From contig JAGUZX010000026.1 of the NCBI GenBank assembly GCA_020060545.1, positions 16,788 through 80,787 on the forward strand: 64,000 nt of DNA. Reading direction: 5' to 3'. Positions 18,797-27,999 of the stretch are shown here, in pieces. The position numbers were made by a program, and so were the translations under genes. The notes beneath the pieces are model-generated. The model did no database searches. It was not told the origin of the DNA and was given only the letters and a program-made list of their open reading frames with translations. The stretch is from Desulfovibrio sp. (lineage in GTDB: Bacteria; Bacillota; Dethiobacteria; DTU022). The stretch's first letter is position 1. Each line of letters opens with the position of its first letter.

Positions 18797-20540
18797 AGAA
18801 CTGGACCGCTTGACCGCGGAAAAGATCGCTGCTGGGGAGGTAATCGAGAACCCCGCTTCACTGGTCAAAGAGCTGGTGGAAAACGCTTTGGACGCCGGCG
18901 CCGGCAGCGTCGCAATCGCGGTGGAAGAAGGCGGGATCAAGGCGGTAACAGTGATAGACAACGGCGCCGGCATAGAGCCGGGAGAGGTAGCCCTGGCGTT
19001 CAGGCGTTTTGCCACCAGCAAACTTACTTGCCTGGAAGACCTGGAATCAATCGCCAGTCTCGGTTTCCGGGGTGAGGCGCTGCCCAGTATCGCCGCCGTG
19101 GCCAGGGTTACGCTGACGACGCGCCGGCAGGGGGCGGCGGCTGGGACGCGGATCCGACTGGAGGGAGGGGAGATCCTGGCGCAGGAGGAAACCGGCGCCC
19201 CCGAGGGGACCGCCGTGGAGGTGCGCGATCTCTTTTTCAATACACCGGGGCGCCGCAAATTCCTGCGGGCTGCGCCGGTGGAGTTGAGCCGTATCACCGA
19301 ACTGGTTTCCAACCTGGCCCTGGCCCGCCCGGATGTGGCTTTTAAACTAACCAGCGGGCCTAAAACCATCTTTCAAACCACCGGTGACGGAATCCTTCTG
19401 CATGTTATCGGCGCCGTCTACGGCAACAGCTGTGCCGCGGCGATGCTGCCTCTGTCCTATGACGACAAGCGGCGCGGTATGTTTGCCGGCGGATTTATCT
19501 CCCCACCTCACCTGAACCGCGCCTCGCGCCGCCAGATCACGGTAGTGATTAACGGGAGGGTCGTGCGCGGCAACGCCATCTCCGGCGCCATGGAAAGGGG
19601 TTACGGCACCCTGCTGCCTTCGAAGCGTTATCCCACGGCTGTGCTGCAGCTGCAGCTGCCGCCCGCATCGCTTGACGTTAACGTCCATCCGGCGAAAGCC
19701 GAGGTCAGGTTTCACCGCCCGGAAGAAGTCAAAGAACTTGTCATACGGGCGGTAAAGGCTTGCCTGCAGCGTTCACTCGATCTTCCTCCAGCCCCCCGGC
19801 CGCGTGGCGAAGCCGGAGGAAAGGATCATTGGACGGTAGGGCCGGGAGTGCAGTCCTTTTTACATGAGTGGGGCAAGCCGCATGACCCGGAACCAGCTTT
19901 TGCGGCGGCAAAAGAATCGTTGGAACTGCGACCTGGCCCCGAAGATAAGCCGGCGGTCAGCCCGGGCCGGCTGATAGGGCAGTTTTTAAACAGCTACCTG
20001 GTGGTGGAGAAAGGGGATTCCCTCCTTCTAATTGACCAGCACGCCGCGCATGAGAGGCTTCTCTATAACGCACTGGCAGAGGCGCCGCCCGGGGCGAAAC
20101 GCTCCGTTCAACTAACCATTCCGCTAACCGTGGAGCTTCCGGCCGCCTGGAGCGTACGGCTGGAAAAAATAATGCCGCTCTTGGATGAGTCCGGTTTTAA
20201 AATGGAACCTTTTGGAGATAATAGTTTTATTATCCGAGAGGTCCCTTTTTCGGTGCACGGCGAGATCAAAACAACCGAGCTGCATGCCCTGCTGGAAGCG
20301 CTGGCCCTGTCGGAGCCGGCGCCCGGTGAAGAACGCCGGCAGCAAATCCGTAAAACTTTGGCCTGCCACGGCGCGATTAAGGCGCAGCGTCACCTGGCCA
20401 GGCAGGAAATGGTAAGTTTATTGCATGAATGGGAAAATACGGCCGATGCTTTTTTTTGCCCGCACGGCCGCCCGGCGGTAATCAGTTTTCACAGGGACGA
20501 ACTGGCAAAAAGTTTCCTGCGCCGGGGGAGGGCGAATTGA
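18786..20540 (+). CDS. mutL: DNA mismatch repair endonuclease MutL
   Basis: IAAGEVIENP, GFRGEAL, DVNVHPAK, DQHAAHER, CPHGRP; ATG 18786 after GGAGG. Confidence 0.98.
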   Translation: MAIKELDRLTAEKIAAGEVIENPASLVKELVENALDAGAGSVAIAVEEGGIKAVTVIDNGAGIEPGEVALAFRRFATSKLTCLEDLESIASLGFRGEALPSIAAVARVTLTTRRQGAAAGTRIRLEGGEILAQEETGAPEGTAVEVRDLFFNTPGRRKFLRAAPVELSRITELVSNLALARPDVAFKLTSGPKTIFQTTGDGILLHVIGAVYGNSCAAAMLPLSYDDKRRGMFAGGFISPPHLNRASRRQITVVINGRVVRGNAISGAMERGYGTLLPSKRYPTAVLQLQLPPASLDVNVHPAKAEVRFHRPEEVKELVIRAVKACLQRSLDLPPAPRPRGEAGGKDHWTVGPGVQSFLHEWGKPHDPEPAFAAAKESLELRPGPEDKPAVSPGRLIGQFLNSYLVVEKGDSLLLIDQHAAHERLLYNALAEAPPGAKRSVQLTIPLTVELPAAWSVRLEKIMPLLDESGFKMEPFGDNSFIIREVPFSVHGEIKTTELHALLEALALSEPAPGEERRQQIRKTLACHGAIKAQRHLARQEMVSLLHEWENTADAFFCPHGRPAVISFHRDELAKSFLRRGRAN

Positions 20541-20541
20541 G

Positions 20542-21501
20542 ATGGGTGCGACTGAGAGGGAACCAAAACAGCCCCTGCTGGTGCTGGTCGGGCCGACCGC
20601 TGCCGGTAAAAGCGCCCTGGCTTTGTCATTGGCTCCCCGCCTGGATACCGATTTGATTTGCGCCGATTCGGCGCAGGTATACCGCCACCTGGATATCGGT
20701 ACAGCTAAACCCACGGCCGCGGAACGCAGTCTGGTTAGACACCACCTGATCGATCTTGTCGAACCGGACCGGGACTTCAGTGCGGCCGACTATCAGAAAG
20801 CAGCCTTTAAGATTATTACCGGGATGCGGGAAAAAGGAAAACTGCCGTTCATGGTCGGAGGGACGGGTCTTTACATCAAGGCGGTCACCGACCGGTTCGC
20901 ATTCGGCTCCAGGGGCGCCAACTCGAGTATCCGGGAAAAGCTTGCGGCACAGGTGCAGGCGGAAGGCAGTGCAGCACTCCACTCCCGCCTGGCTAATCTG
21001 GATCCGGGCGCTGCAGCGAAGATTCACCCTCGCGACCAGCGCCGGATTATCAGGGCCCTCGAGGTTTACGAGCAGGAAGGAACGCCTATTTCTAACCAGG
21101 TGGAACGGACTTTGTCGCAGGAGCCCGCGTACAATCTACTCCTGTTCGGCCTGAACAGGCCCCGCCACCTGCTCTACCGGAGGATCGAACAGAGGGTGGA
21201 TGAAATGCTCGAACAGGGCTTCCTGGCCGAGGTCCGCAATCTGCTTGACATGGGGTACCACCCCGGTTGTCCCGGTCTGCAAATCCTGGGCTATCGCCAA
21301 CTGGTGCGCTATTTGCAGGGGAAGGAAAGCTGGGGGGAGGCGATCGCGTCGATCAAGCAGCAAACCCGGCACCTGGCCAAGCGGCAGCTGACCTGGTTTA
21401 GACGGGATGAGCGAATTCACTGGCTGGAATTGGAGGAGGGGTCCGGGCCGGAGGCCGCAGCTGAAATAATTTACAGCAAGGTGAAGGAAATACTGCCATA
21501 A
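20542..21501 (+). CDS. miaA: tRNA dimethylallyltransferase
   Basis: GPTAAGKS, DSAQVY..LDIGTAKP, VGGTGLY, AKRQLTWF. Confidence 0.97.
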   Translation: MGATEREPKQPLLVLVGPTAAGKSALALSLAPRLDTDLICADSAQVYRHLDIGTAKPTAAERSLVRHHLIDLVEPDRDFSAADYQKAAFKIITGMREKGKLPFMVGGTGLYIKAVTDRFAFGSRGANSSIREKLAAQVQAEGSAALHSRLANLDPGAAAKIHPRDQRRIIRALEVYEQEGTPISNQVERTLSQEPAYNLLLFGLNRPRHLLYRRIEQRVDEMLEQGFLAEVRNLLDMGYHPGCPGLQILGYRQLVRYLQGKESWGEAIASIKQQTRHLAKRQLTWFRRDERIHWLELEEGSGPEAAAEIIYSKVKEILP

Positions 21502-21512
21502 CAGGCGAATAA
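21483..21512 (+). promoter_or_regulatory. Sigma-H-like promoter upstream of hfq (overlaps the end of miaA)
   Basis: GAAGGAAAT-N12-GGCGAATAA. Confidence 0.6.
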
Positions 21513-21545
21513 AATAGATGAAGCCTAGAATTGGAGGGAGCCATC

Positions 21546-21788
21546 ATGAAAGGACCGATCAATTTACAGGATACTTTTCTTAACCAGATACGCAAAGAAA
21601 ACATGTTAACCACGGTTTTCCTGGTTAACGGCTACCAGATCAAGGGAGTGATTCGCAGCTTCGACAATTTTACCGTCTTGCTGGAAGTTGACGGGAAGCA
21701 ACAGCTGGTATACAAGCATGCCGTATCCACGATCATCCCCATCCGCAATATTAACCTTCAGGCGGCTGAGATTGAAGTTGAGGAATAA
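21546..21788 (+). CDS. hfq: RNA chaperone Hfq
   Basis: [44 protein letters not shown]. Confidence 0.97.
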   Translation: MKGPINLQDTFLNQIRKENMLTTVFLVNGYQIKGVIRSFDNFTVLLEVDGKQQLVYKHAVSTIIPIRNINLQAAEIEVEE

Positions 21789-21818
21789 ACAACGCTTTAA
21801 TCAATAGGACAGTTAAAG

Positions 21819-21848
21819 AAAAGACACTTGCGGCAAGTGTCTTTTTAT
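21819..21848 (+). terminator. Terminator after hfq
   Basis: AAAAGACACTTG-CGG-CAAGTGTCTTTT perfect hairpin. Confidence 0.85.
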
Positions 21849-21965
21849 GTACTGAGCGGTTCAATTCCGGCGGCGGCTCTGCTGCACCCCTGCACCGGAC
21901 GGTTTTCAAACCGCTTTTACCATTTAAGCCTCCAACGCGTATAATAGAATGACCGGCATAAAGGA

Positions 21966-22931
21966 GTGGAGCGGATGAATGTGATCAGGTACCAGCCTCC
22001 GGTGGAGCAGCTTTGGAAAAAAATAGAGCGCGGCGAGATGGCCACCCTGGCCGCGCTGGAAAACCTCAGTGAATGGGAGGCGCGCGGCAGGCCGAAGAAT
22101 AACGCCAATCACAACACAATTTTAACCGCGTCCATGTGGGAGCTTAACCGCCTGGTCGGGTTAGGCGAAGTGAAGCGGGTCGTCGAGGAGATCAAGGCCT
22201 ACATCGAAATCCAACAGAAAAGATCTTACCATAACTTGAGATGCAACCCCGTGACGCTACATATGGTCTTTAAAGGCAACCCCGGCACGGGAAAAACCAC
22301 AGTTTCACGGCTCCTGGGCCGTTTATTCAAGGGGATGGGAGTACTTCCCCAGGGTCACCTGGTAGAGGTGGAACGGGCCGACCTGGTAGGAGAGTATATC
22401 GGTCATACCGCCCAGCGTACCCGGGAACAGATCAGGAAAGCCATGGGAGGGGTCCTTTTCGTGGATGAAGCTTATTCCCTGGGACGGGGCGGTGAAAAGG
22501 ACTTTGGCAAAGAGGCCATCGATTGCCTGGTGAAAGGGATGGAAGACTACCGCAACGAATTCGTGCTGGTCCTGGCCGGCTACCGGCAGGAGATGGATTA
22601 CTTTATGCGCTTGAATCCGGGTTTGAACTCCCGTTTTCCGATCCAGATCGATTTTCCCGATTATACAATTAAGGAGCTGATGGAGATCGCCGTCATCATG
22701 GCCACGGAGCATCACTACCGTTTCTCTCCGGAGGCTAAACAGGCGCTGCGAAAGTACCTGAAAGAGCAGATGGCGATCAACGCCTATAACTTCAGCAATG
22801 CCCGCCTGGTGCGCAATATCCTGGAAAAAACGGTGCGGCGGCAGGCACTGCGCCTGAGCAACCGGATGGAGGTAACACGGGAGGAATTGATTACCATTGA
22901 AGAGTATGACCTGGCGGTGGAGCAGGCGTGA
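21966..22931 (+). CDS. spoVK: Stage V sporulation protein K (CbxX/CfxQ AAA ATPase)
   Basis: LHMVFKGNPGTGKTT, ERADLVGEYIGHTAQRT, FVDEAYSL..GGEKDFGKEAID; hfq-spoVK synteny. Confidence 0.93.
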   Translation: MERMNVIRYQPPVEQLWKKIERGEMATLAALENLSEWEARGRPKNNANHNTILTASMWELNRLVGLGEVKRVVEEIKAYIEIQQKRSYHNLRCNPVTLHMVFKGNPGTGKTTVSRLLGRLFKGMGVLPQGHLVEVERADLVGEYIGHTAQRTREQIRKAMGGVLFVDEAYSLGRGGEKDFGKEAIDCLVKGMEDYRNEFVLVLAGYRQEMDYFMRLNPGLNSRFPIQIDFPDYTIKELMEIAVIMATEHHYRFSPEAKQALRKYLKEQMAINAYNFSNARLVRNILEKTVRRQALRLSNRMEVTREELITIEEYDLAVEQA

Positions 22932-23548
22932 ATAAAAACATCGCCGTGGTCGGAGCGGCAAAGGAGGGAAAAACCCTATTTTGCATCAATTTTGCAGAAT
23001 TCATGGGGGCAAGGAGCCTTTGTTATACTGAAAGAAGCCCTTCCGGGATCGGGAGGGGAGTCGTATCCCCCGCAACAGCCCGTGAGCTGATGGTCGATCC
23101 CGGCCCGCGCTGCAACGGGGTAGTGCGCTCCTTTGCCGTAAACCTGCTGCAGCGGCAGCCGCAGCGCCTCGCCCTGGTTGATACCGCTTCACTCAAGGAG
23201 CAGTCGCCCCTGCCACATGCGGAACGGAAGAAGCTTGTCGCCACCCTGCAGGCGCTCCGGGAAGCCGACATTATCCTGCACCTGCTGGATCTGGCCTGTA
23301 ACGACCCGGCCCGGATCGATTTTTCCAGTGAGGCCAACCGCTTTTTGAGCAGCTACTGCTTGCGGCACGGCAAACAATACCTGGTCATCGGCACCAAATG
23401 CGACCTGCTCAACGGCCGAAAAGGGATGATCCGACACTTCTTCTCCCCGGACAGCAAACCGCTCTTCATTTCTTCCACAACCAGAGAAGGATTTGCCCAA
23501 TTGCGGCATTTGCTGCTCAGTAAATCGGGCTGTTTCATGGTTCAATGA
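22928..23548 (+). CDS. Small P-loop GTPase-like protein
   Basis: G1 GAAKEGKT, G3-like DTAS, G4 TKCD, G5-like ISS; overlaps the spoVK stop. Confidence 0.7.
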   Translation: MNKNIAVVGAAKEGKTLFCINFAEFMGARSLCYTERSPSGIGRGVVSPATARELMVDPGPRCNGVVRSFAVNLLQRQPQRLALVDTASLKEQSPLPHAERKKLVATLQALREADIILHLLDLACNDPARIDFSSEANRFLSSYCLRHGKQYLVIGTKCDLLNGRKGMIRHFFSPDSKPLFISSTTREGFAQLRHLLLSKSGCFMVQ

Positions 23549-23563
23549 CCCCCGGCAATAGGC

Positions 23564-23902
23564 TCAACGCTTGCCTTTATAACCCCTTAAATTGGAGGAA
23601 ACAAGGTCCTGTTCGGAAAGGTAAAACCTTTCATCTTCGGTAACCCGGACAATCCGGGCTTCAATCAAAGCCTGAAGGGCATTGGGCCTGAAGTCGCGCA
23701 ATGAGACAACGCGATCGAAGAAGTTCTGGGGTTTAAGACCCAGTTCGCTCATTGTTTTCGCGCTCGCGGTATCGACAGCATGATGAACCTGGAAAATTTT
23801 AATCACGGCTCCAAAGGCTCTTCTGATGCGATAGATGGGAACAGCCAGGGCCAGGACAACTAGACAGGCGACGGCCAAAACGGTTAAAACTTTGGTCGGC
23901 AT
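23564..23902 (-). CDS. Hypothetical membrane-anchored protein
   Basis: N-terminal TM (VLTVLAVACLVVLALAVP) followed by basic residues; GAAGGAG RBS. Confidence 0.65.
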   Translation of the reverse strand: MPTKVLTVLAVACLVVLALAVPIYRIRRAFGAVIKIFQVHHAVDTASAKTMSELGLKPQNFFDRVVSLRDFRPNALQALIEARIVRVTEDERFYLSEQDLVSSNLRGYKGKR

Positions 23903-24247
23903 ATATTGCAGCACTCCTTCACGGAAGTTTCCTGCCGGTGTTGGTTGTTTGCCACGGTATTGCCAGCACAACCGGCTCTAATTTTCCGGCATTACGCGAT
24001 CCCCCATATTATACCACAATGCTTCCCCAAATAAAGTCCAGTCAGTTTACTTGGTCCGGCTCCAGGCACAGGCCATGTGCCGGGAAACCGTTATCGGCAG
24101 GATTTGCTTTTGCAGCCAAATATCTTTGGCTAAACGCTTTTAGTTACCAGCGGTGCCGGCACTTTTTCCTTGATTTTAAAGGGTAAAAGCAACTCATGTC
24201 GAATAAATAGATGAACCGGTTTTCATGATTAACAATTTAGATATGGA

Positions 24248-25903
24248 ATGAGCTCGATGCAGAAAGATTTACTGAATAAGAGCGGTTTTTATCAATGGTG
24301 GCTGTTATTTATTGCGTTGGGCGCTGTTCTTTTAGTTGTTGCTGCTTACACCCTGGAGAAGCCTTTCTTTTTGATCCCGGGTTTCATTATTTATACCGGG
24401 GTTAGCGGCTTGCTTTTACAACGCTTGTACCGTGAATTTCTAAAAGTTCAGGAGTACCTTTATGCGCAAAGCCGGGAAGACCAGCTCACAGGCGTAAAAA
24501 ATAGGCGTTATCTCAAGGAGCGGATGAAGGAACTTCTGACCCGGTATGAAAGAAATGGCGCAGGATTTGGCGTCATCTTTTTCGACCTCGATGATTTTAA
24601 AAGTTTCAATAGTCAATACGGGCACACCACCGGCGATCTCCTGCTCCAAGAAGTGGCCCAATTTTTAGAAGGATCGACCCGGGAACATGAACCGCTGGCC
24701 AGGTACGGAGGCGATGAATTTGTGCTGCTGCTCCCCGGTAGTACATTGAAAGAGGTCCGTGAAACGGCGGAGCGGATCCGGCTGGAACTGGCGGGAAAAG
24801 TGTTTGAAGTAGGCGGCAAACAGTTTTTGCTGCAAATTAGCGGCGGGGTATCCGTCTGCCCTGAAGACGGCACTGAATTGGAGGAGTTGCTGGAGGTCGC
24901 CGATAAAAACCTGCACCAGGCCAAAGAAAAAGGCAATCAGATTGCCAGTTCGTTCAGCTCAGTCAAAACTTATGAGCAGATTTCCGACCTTTATCCGCCG
25001 CTGATGATCAACGAAGGGGACGATTATCTGGATAAAGTGGGGAAGCAAACGACCCAGCTTTATCTTCTGGCCAAAAACGGAGATCTGGAGGTGATCAGGC
25101 AATCGATTGTGGCTGACAAGGTATTCAGCCTCTGGGGAGAGAAGGGTTTATTCGAGTTTTATTACATCCTGGAAGGTGAAATCCTGGACCCCGAAGAGGG
25201 CAGGGTCCTCAAACCGGGCACTTCAATTATTGTCCGTAACTTGGCCGGACAGGTCTATTTCCGAACCATCACGGACTGCACCCTTCTTTATGTCACCACC
25301 ACCCCTGTTTTTGAAAATCAGCAGAAACAGATTCGCGAACTGCTCGCCCTGAATAAAAAGGTGGAAATCAAAGATCAACAAACCGAGGAACACTGTACCC
25401 GCTTGCAGATACTATCACGGCGCACCGGTGAAAAGCTGATGTTAAAAGAAGAGCGCCTGTTCGCCCTTGAATATGCTTCCTTTTTGCATGACATAGGCAA
25501 GGCGGAGGTTTCCGCCTCAATTTTACGTAAACCGGCGACACTGAACAAAGAAGAATGGGAGGTAATGAGGCAGCATTCGGGGTGGGGGCGGGACTTGATT
25601 CTCAAACATTTAAGAATAAGTTTTTTTGAAAGAGTGGCCGATATTGTCTACCAGCACCATGAACGCTATGACGGAAAAGGTTACCCGCAGGCGCTGGCCG
25701 GAGATAAAATTTTGCTCGAAGCCCAGATCCTGGCGCTGGTGGATGCCTATGACGCCATGACCACCAACCGGCCTTATCGAAAGGGAGCGGCCCGGGAAGC
25801 TGCCTTAAGGGAAATCAAGGCCAACCAGGGCACTCAATTCGCTCCCCGGGTGGTGGAAGCATTTCTGGCGGCGGAAGCTGAAATTAATCTGGAGAAGGAC
25901 TAG
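24248..25903 (+). CDS. Membrane-bound diguanylate cyclase/HD-GYP phosphodiesterase with a central cupin-like domain
   Basis: 2 TM helices; DQLTG..NRR, DLDDFK..N..YGH..GD, RYGGDEF; FEFYYILEGEI beta-rich linker; LHDIGK, HHERYDGKGYP, DAYDAMTTNRPYR. Confidence 0.92.
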   Translation: MSSMQKDLLNKSGFYQWWLLFIALGAVLLVVAAYTLEKPFFLIPGFIIYTGVSGLLLQRLYREFLKVQEYLYAQSREDQLTGVKNRRYLKERMKELLTRYERNGAGFGVIFFDLDDFKSFNSQYGHTTGDLLLQEVAQFLEGSTREHEPLARYGGDEFVLLLPGSTLKEVRETAERIRLELAGKVFEVGGKQFLLQISGGVSVCPEDGTELEELLEVADKNLHQAKEKGNQIASSFSSVKTYEQISDLYPPLMINEGDDYLDKVGKQTTQLYLLAKNGDLEVIRQSIVADKVFSLWGEKGLFEFYYILEGEILDPEEGRVLKPGTSIIVRNLAGQVYFRTITDCTLLYVTTTPVFENQQKQIRELLALNKKVEIKDQQTEEHCTRLQILSRRTGEKLMLKEERLFALEYASFLHDIGKAEVSASILRKPATLNKEEWEVMRQHSGWGRDLILKHLRISFFERVADIVYQHHERYDGKGYPQALAGDKILLEAQILALVDAYDAMTTNRPYRKGAAREAALREIKANQGTQFAPRVVEAFLAAEAEINLEKD

Positions 25904-25952
25904 TTCCGGATTTATCATTAAGCCTAAGCAAAATCGAAACAATTAACCAGAG

Positions 25953-25988
25953 TAAAGGCTTATAACCTGAAGCAGGCATAAGCCTTTA
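25953..25988. terminator. Probable bidirectional terminator between the convergent genes
   Basis: TAAAGGCTTAT...ATAAGCCTTTA inverted repeat with inner CCTG/CAGG pairing. Confidence 0.55.
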
Positions 25989-26099
25989 AAACATGAAAGC
26001 GATGTTTTGACGCAACTTACTTTTCCCAACCCATTTTATTTTTTACTTACTTTTTGATGCTCCGGAAAACGCCGGCGTAATTATCCAGTAACTTGAGCG

Positions 26100-26303
26100 T
26101 CAAAATCTGAATTTCCCTGCTACTTCGATCGGATTGTTGGCTGCCCGCGAAATTGAATTGGCCGTATACTTAGCCACGTAAGGTACATACACCAGCCCAT
26201 TTTCTAAATCGACTTCAGCAGTTTTGCCATTTGCCAGCGCTGCCGAACAAAAGGAAAACACGACTACCAGTACCAACAACAGGACCAGCGTTCGCTTAAG
26301 CAT
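26100..26303 (-). CDS. Small secreted protein (67 aa, Sec signal peptide)
   Basis: AAGGAGG RBS; MLKR + hydrophobic core + ALA cleavage motif; lies downstream of a riboswitch and promoter. Confidence 0.8.
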   Translation of the reverse strand: MLKRTLVLLLVLVVVFSFCSAALANGKTAEVDLENGLVYVPYVAKYTANSISRAANNPIEVAGKFRF

Positions 26304-26394
26304 CTTATTCCCTCCTTTCTCACTCCCGGCAGTCTTTAAAAGTGCCAGGTAATTTGGGTTATACCGCTTGTACAATTTAAAAGCTGTTCTCCTC

Positions 26395-26478
26395 TTCGCA
26401 TCCTGGCAACCATAGCCTTACGGCCTTAGGCCCATAGCTTTGCGCCCTTTTCTTTTCAGAAAAGTTAGCCCCTTTGAT
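26395..26478 (-). ncRNA. Cyclic di-GMP-I (GEMM) riboswitch
   Basis: Minus strand GGGGCUAACUUUUCU-GAAA-AGAAAAGGGCGCAAAGCUAUGGGCCUAAGGCCGUAAGGCUAUGGUUGCCAGGAUGC: P2 with GAAA tetraloop, GCAAA junction, CCUAAG...UAUGG tetraloop receptor. Confidence 0.9.
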
Positions 26479-26519
26479 AAATAACAGCAATATTGGGGTT
26501 TTTACTTATATTTTCTTGT

Positions 26520-26548
26520 ATTGTAGCATTTAATCCTGTGCATGTCAA
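26520..26548 (-). promoter_or_regulatory. Sigma-A promoter of the riboswitch-small protein unit
   Basis: TTGACA-N17-TACAAT with TG extended -10. Confidence 0.75.
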
Positions 26549-26688
26549 ACATATTTTTCTCTTTTATTTTTCTCTTTTAAAGAATTTTTTTATGATTTTT
26601 TCAAATTTCTTTCGAGTCAGGGTGATCTTTGAAATAACTTTACATTGTGATAAGATAATTATAGTTTATCACAGAAAGGATTGGAAGG

Positions 26689-27999
26689 CTGCTGCCGGAG
26701 AAAACGATTCTGGTCGGTTTGGAAAGACCGAGCCCGGAAGGCGAAACCGGGTTTGCCCTGGAGGAGCTGGAGCTGCTGGCGCAGACCGCCGGCGCGACGG
26801 TGCTTTCAACCATAATCCAAAAAAAAGTGGCCCCTGATCCGGCATACTACATCGGGCCGGGGAAAGCCCGTGAAGTGGCCGCTCTGGTGAACCGTCTAGG
26901 AGCCGACCTGGTTATTTTTAATGACGAACTTTCGCCTACCCAGGTGCGCAACCTGGATCAGCTGCTTGGTGTCAAAACGATCGATCGCACCGCTTTGATC
27001 CTGGACATTTTCGCCCGCCGGGCCCGCTCGCGCGCGGGAAAGCTCCAAGTGGAACTGGCCCAACTGCAATACCTGCTGCCCCGTTTAATCGGCCTGGGCC
27101 ACCGGCTTTCCCGGTTGGGGGGTGGGATTGGGACCAGGGGCCCCGGCGAAACCCAGCTGGAAATAGACCGGCGGGTAATCCGGCACCGCATCGGGGAGCT
27201 GCGGCGGGAGATCGCCGCACTGCGCCGCCACCGCTCACTGCACCGGCAGCAGCGGCGGCGGAACCGTTTAACCGTAGCCGCCCTGGTTGGTTATACCAAC
27301 GCGGGAAAATCGACACTCTTAAATGCCCTGACCGGCGCCGACCTTTACACCGAGGATAAACTTTTCGCCACCCTTGATTCTTCGGTGAGGCGGGGTATTT
27401 TGCAAGACGGGCGAACCGTCCTCTTTTTGGATACAGTCGGCTTCATTCACCACCTCCCCCGGCAGCTGGTGACAGCTTTCCAGGCCACCTTGGAAGAGAT
27501 CGGCGCTGCAGACATCCTGCTCCATGTGGTGGATATCAATCATCACCATTACCTGGATCAGATTGCGATCGTGCGGGAGCACCTGTCCCGGATTGAACCG
27601 GATTTCTACCGGCGGGAGCTGCTGGTTTTTAATAAAGTCGACCTGTCCAACAACGGGCCCGGCGAAAACTTCCTGCAACGGGAATTTCCCGGCGCCTGCT
27701 TCGTTTCCGGGCTCACCGGCGCCGGGTTGGCGGAGCTCAAAACCGCCGTGGCCCGGGTAATCGATCACTGTTATAAAACTGTGAAAGCCTATCTGCCCTA
27801 TTGTGAAAACGCTCTTTTCCACCAGATCAGGCGAAGCGGGAGCATCCTGGCCGTGGACTATCAACCCGGCTACCTGGCGGTAGAAGCCAGGGTAGACCCG
27901 GGTATGGCCGACAGGCTTTACCCTTATGCAAACCCTCCCGCCGCCGATCCAGTTTCCCCGAGAACAGAGCAGGCGGAAAGAGAGGCAAAGGATGCATAA
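26689..27999 (+). CDS. hflX: Ribosome-splitting GTPase HflX
   Basis: IFARRARS..GKLQVELAQ, GIGTRGPGETQLE, GYTNAGKST, LFATLD, DTVGFI, NKVD; start uncertain (CTG 26689/26692 or TTG 26719). Confidence 0.95.
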   Translation: MLPEKTILVGLERPSPEGETGFALEELELLAQTAGATVLSTIIQKKVAPDPAYYIGPGKAREVAALVNRLGADLVIFNDELSPTQVRNLDQLLGVKTIDRTALILDIFARRARSRAGKLQVELAQLQYLLPRLIGLGHRLSRLGGGIGTRGPGETQLEIDRRVIRHRIGELRREIAALRRHRSLHRQQRRRNRLTVAALVGYTNAGKSTLLNALTGADLYTEDKLFATLDSSVRRGILQDGRTVLFLDTVGFIHHLPRQLVTAFQATLEEIGAADILLHVVDINHHHYLDQIAIVREHLSRIEPDFYRRELLVFNKVDLSNNGPGENFLQREFPGACFVSGLTGAGLAELKTAVARVIDHCYKTVKAYLPYCENALFHQIRRSGSILAVDYQPGYLAVEARVDPGMADRLYPYANPPAADPVSPRTEQAEREAKDA

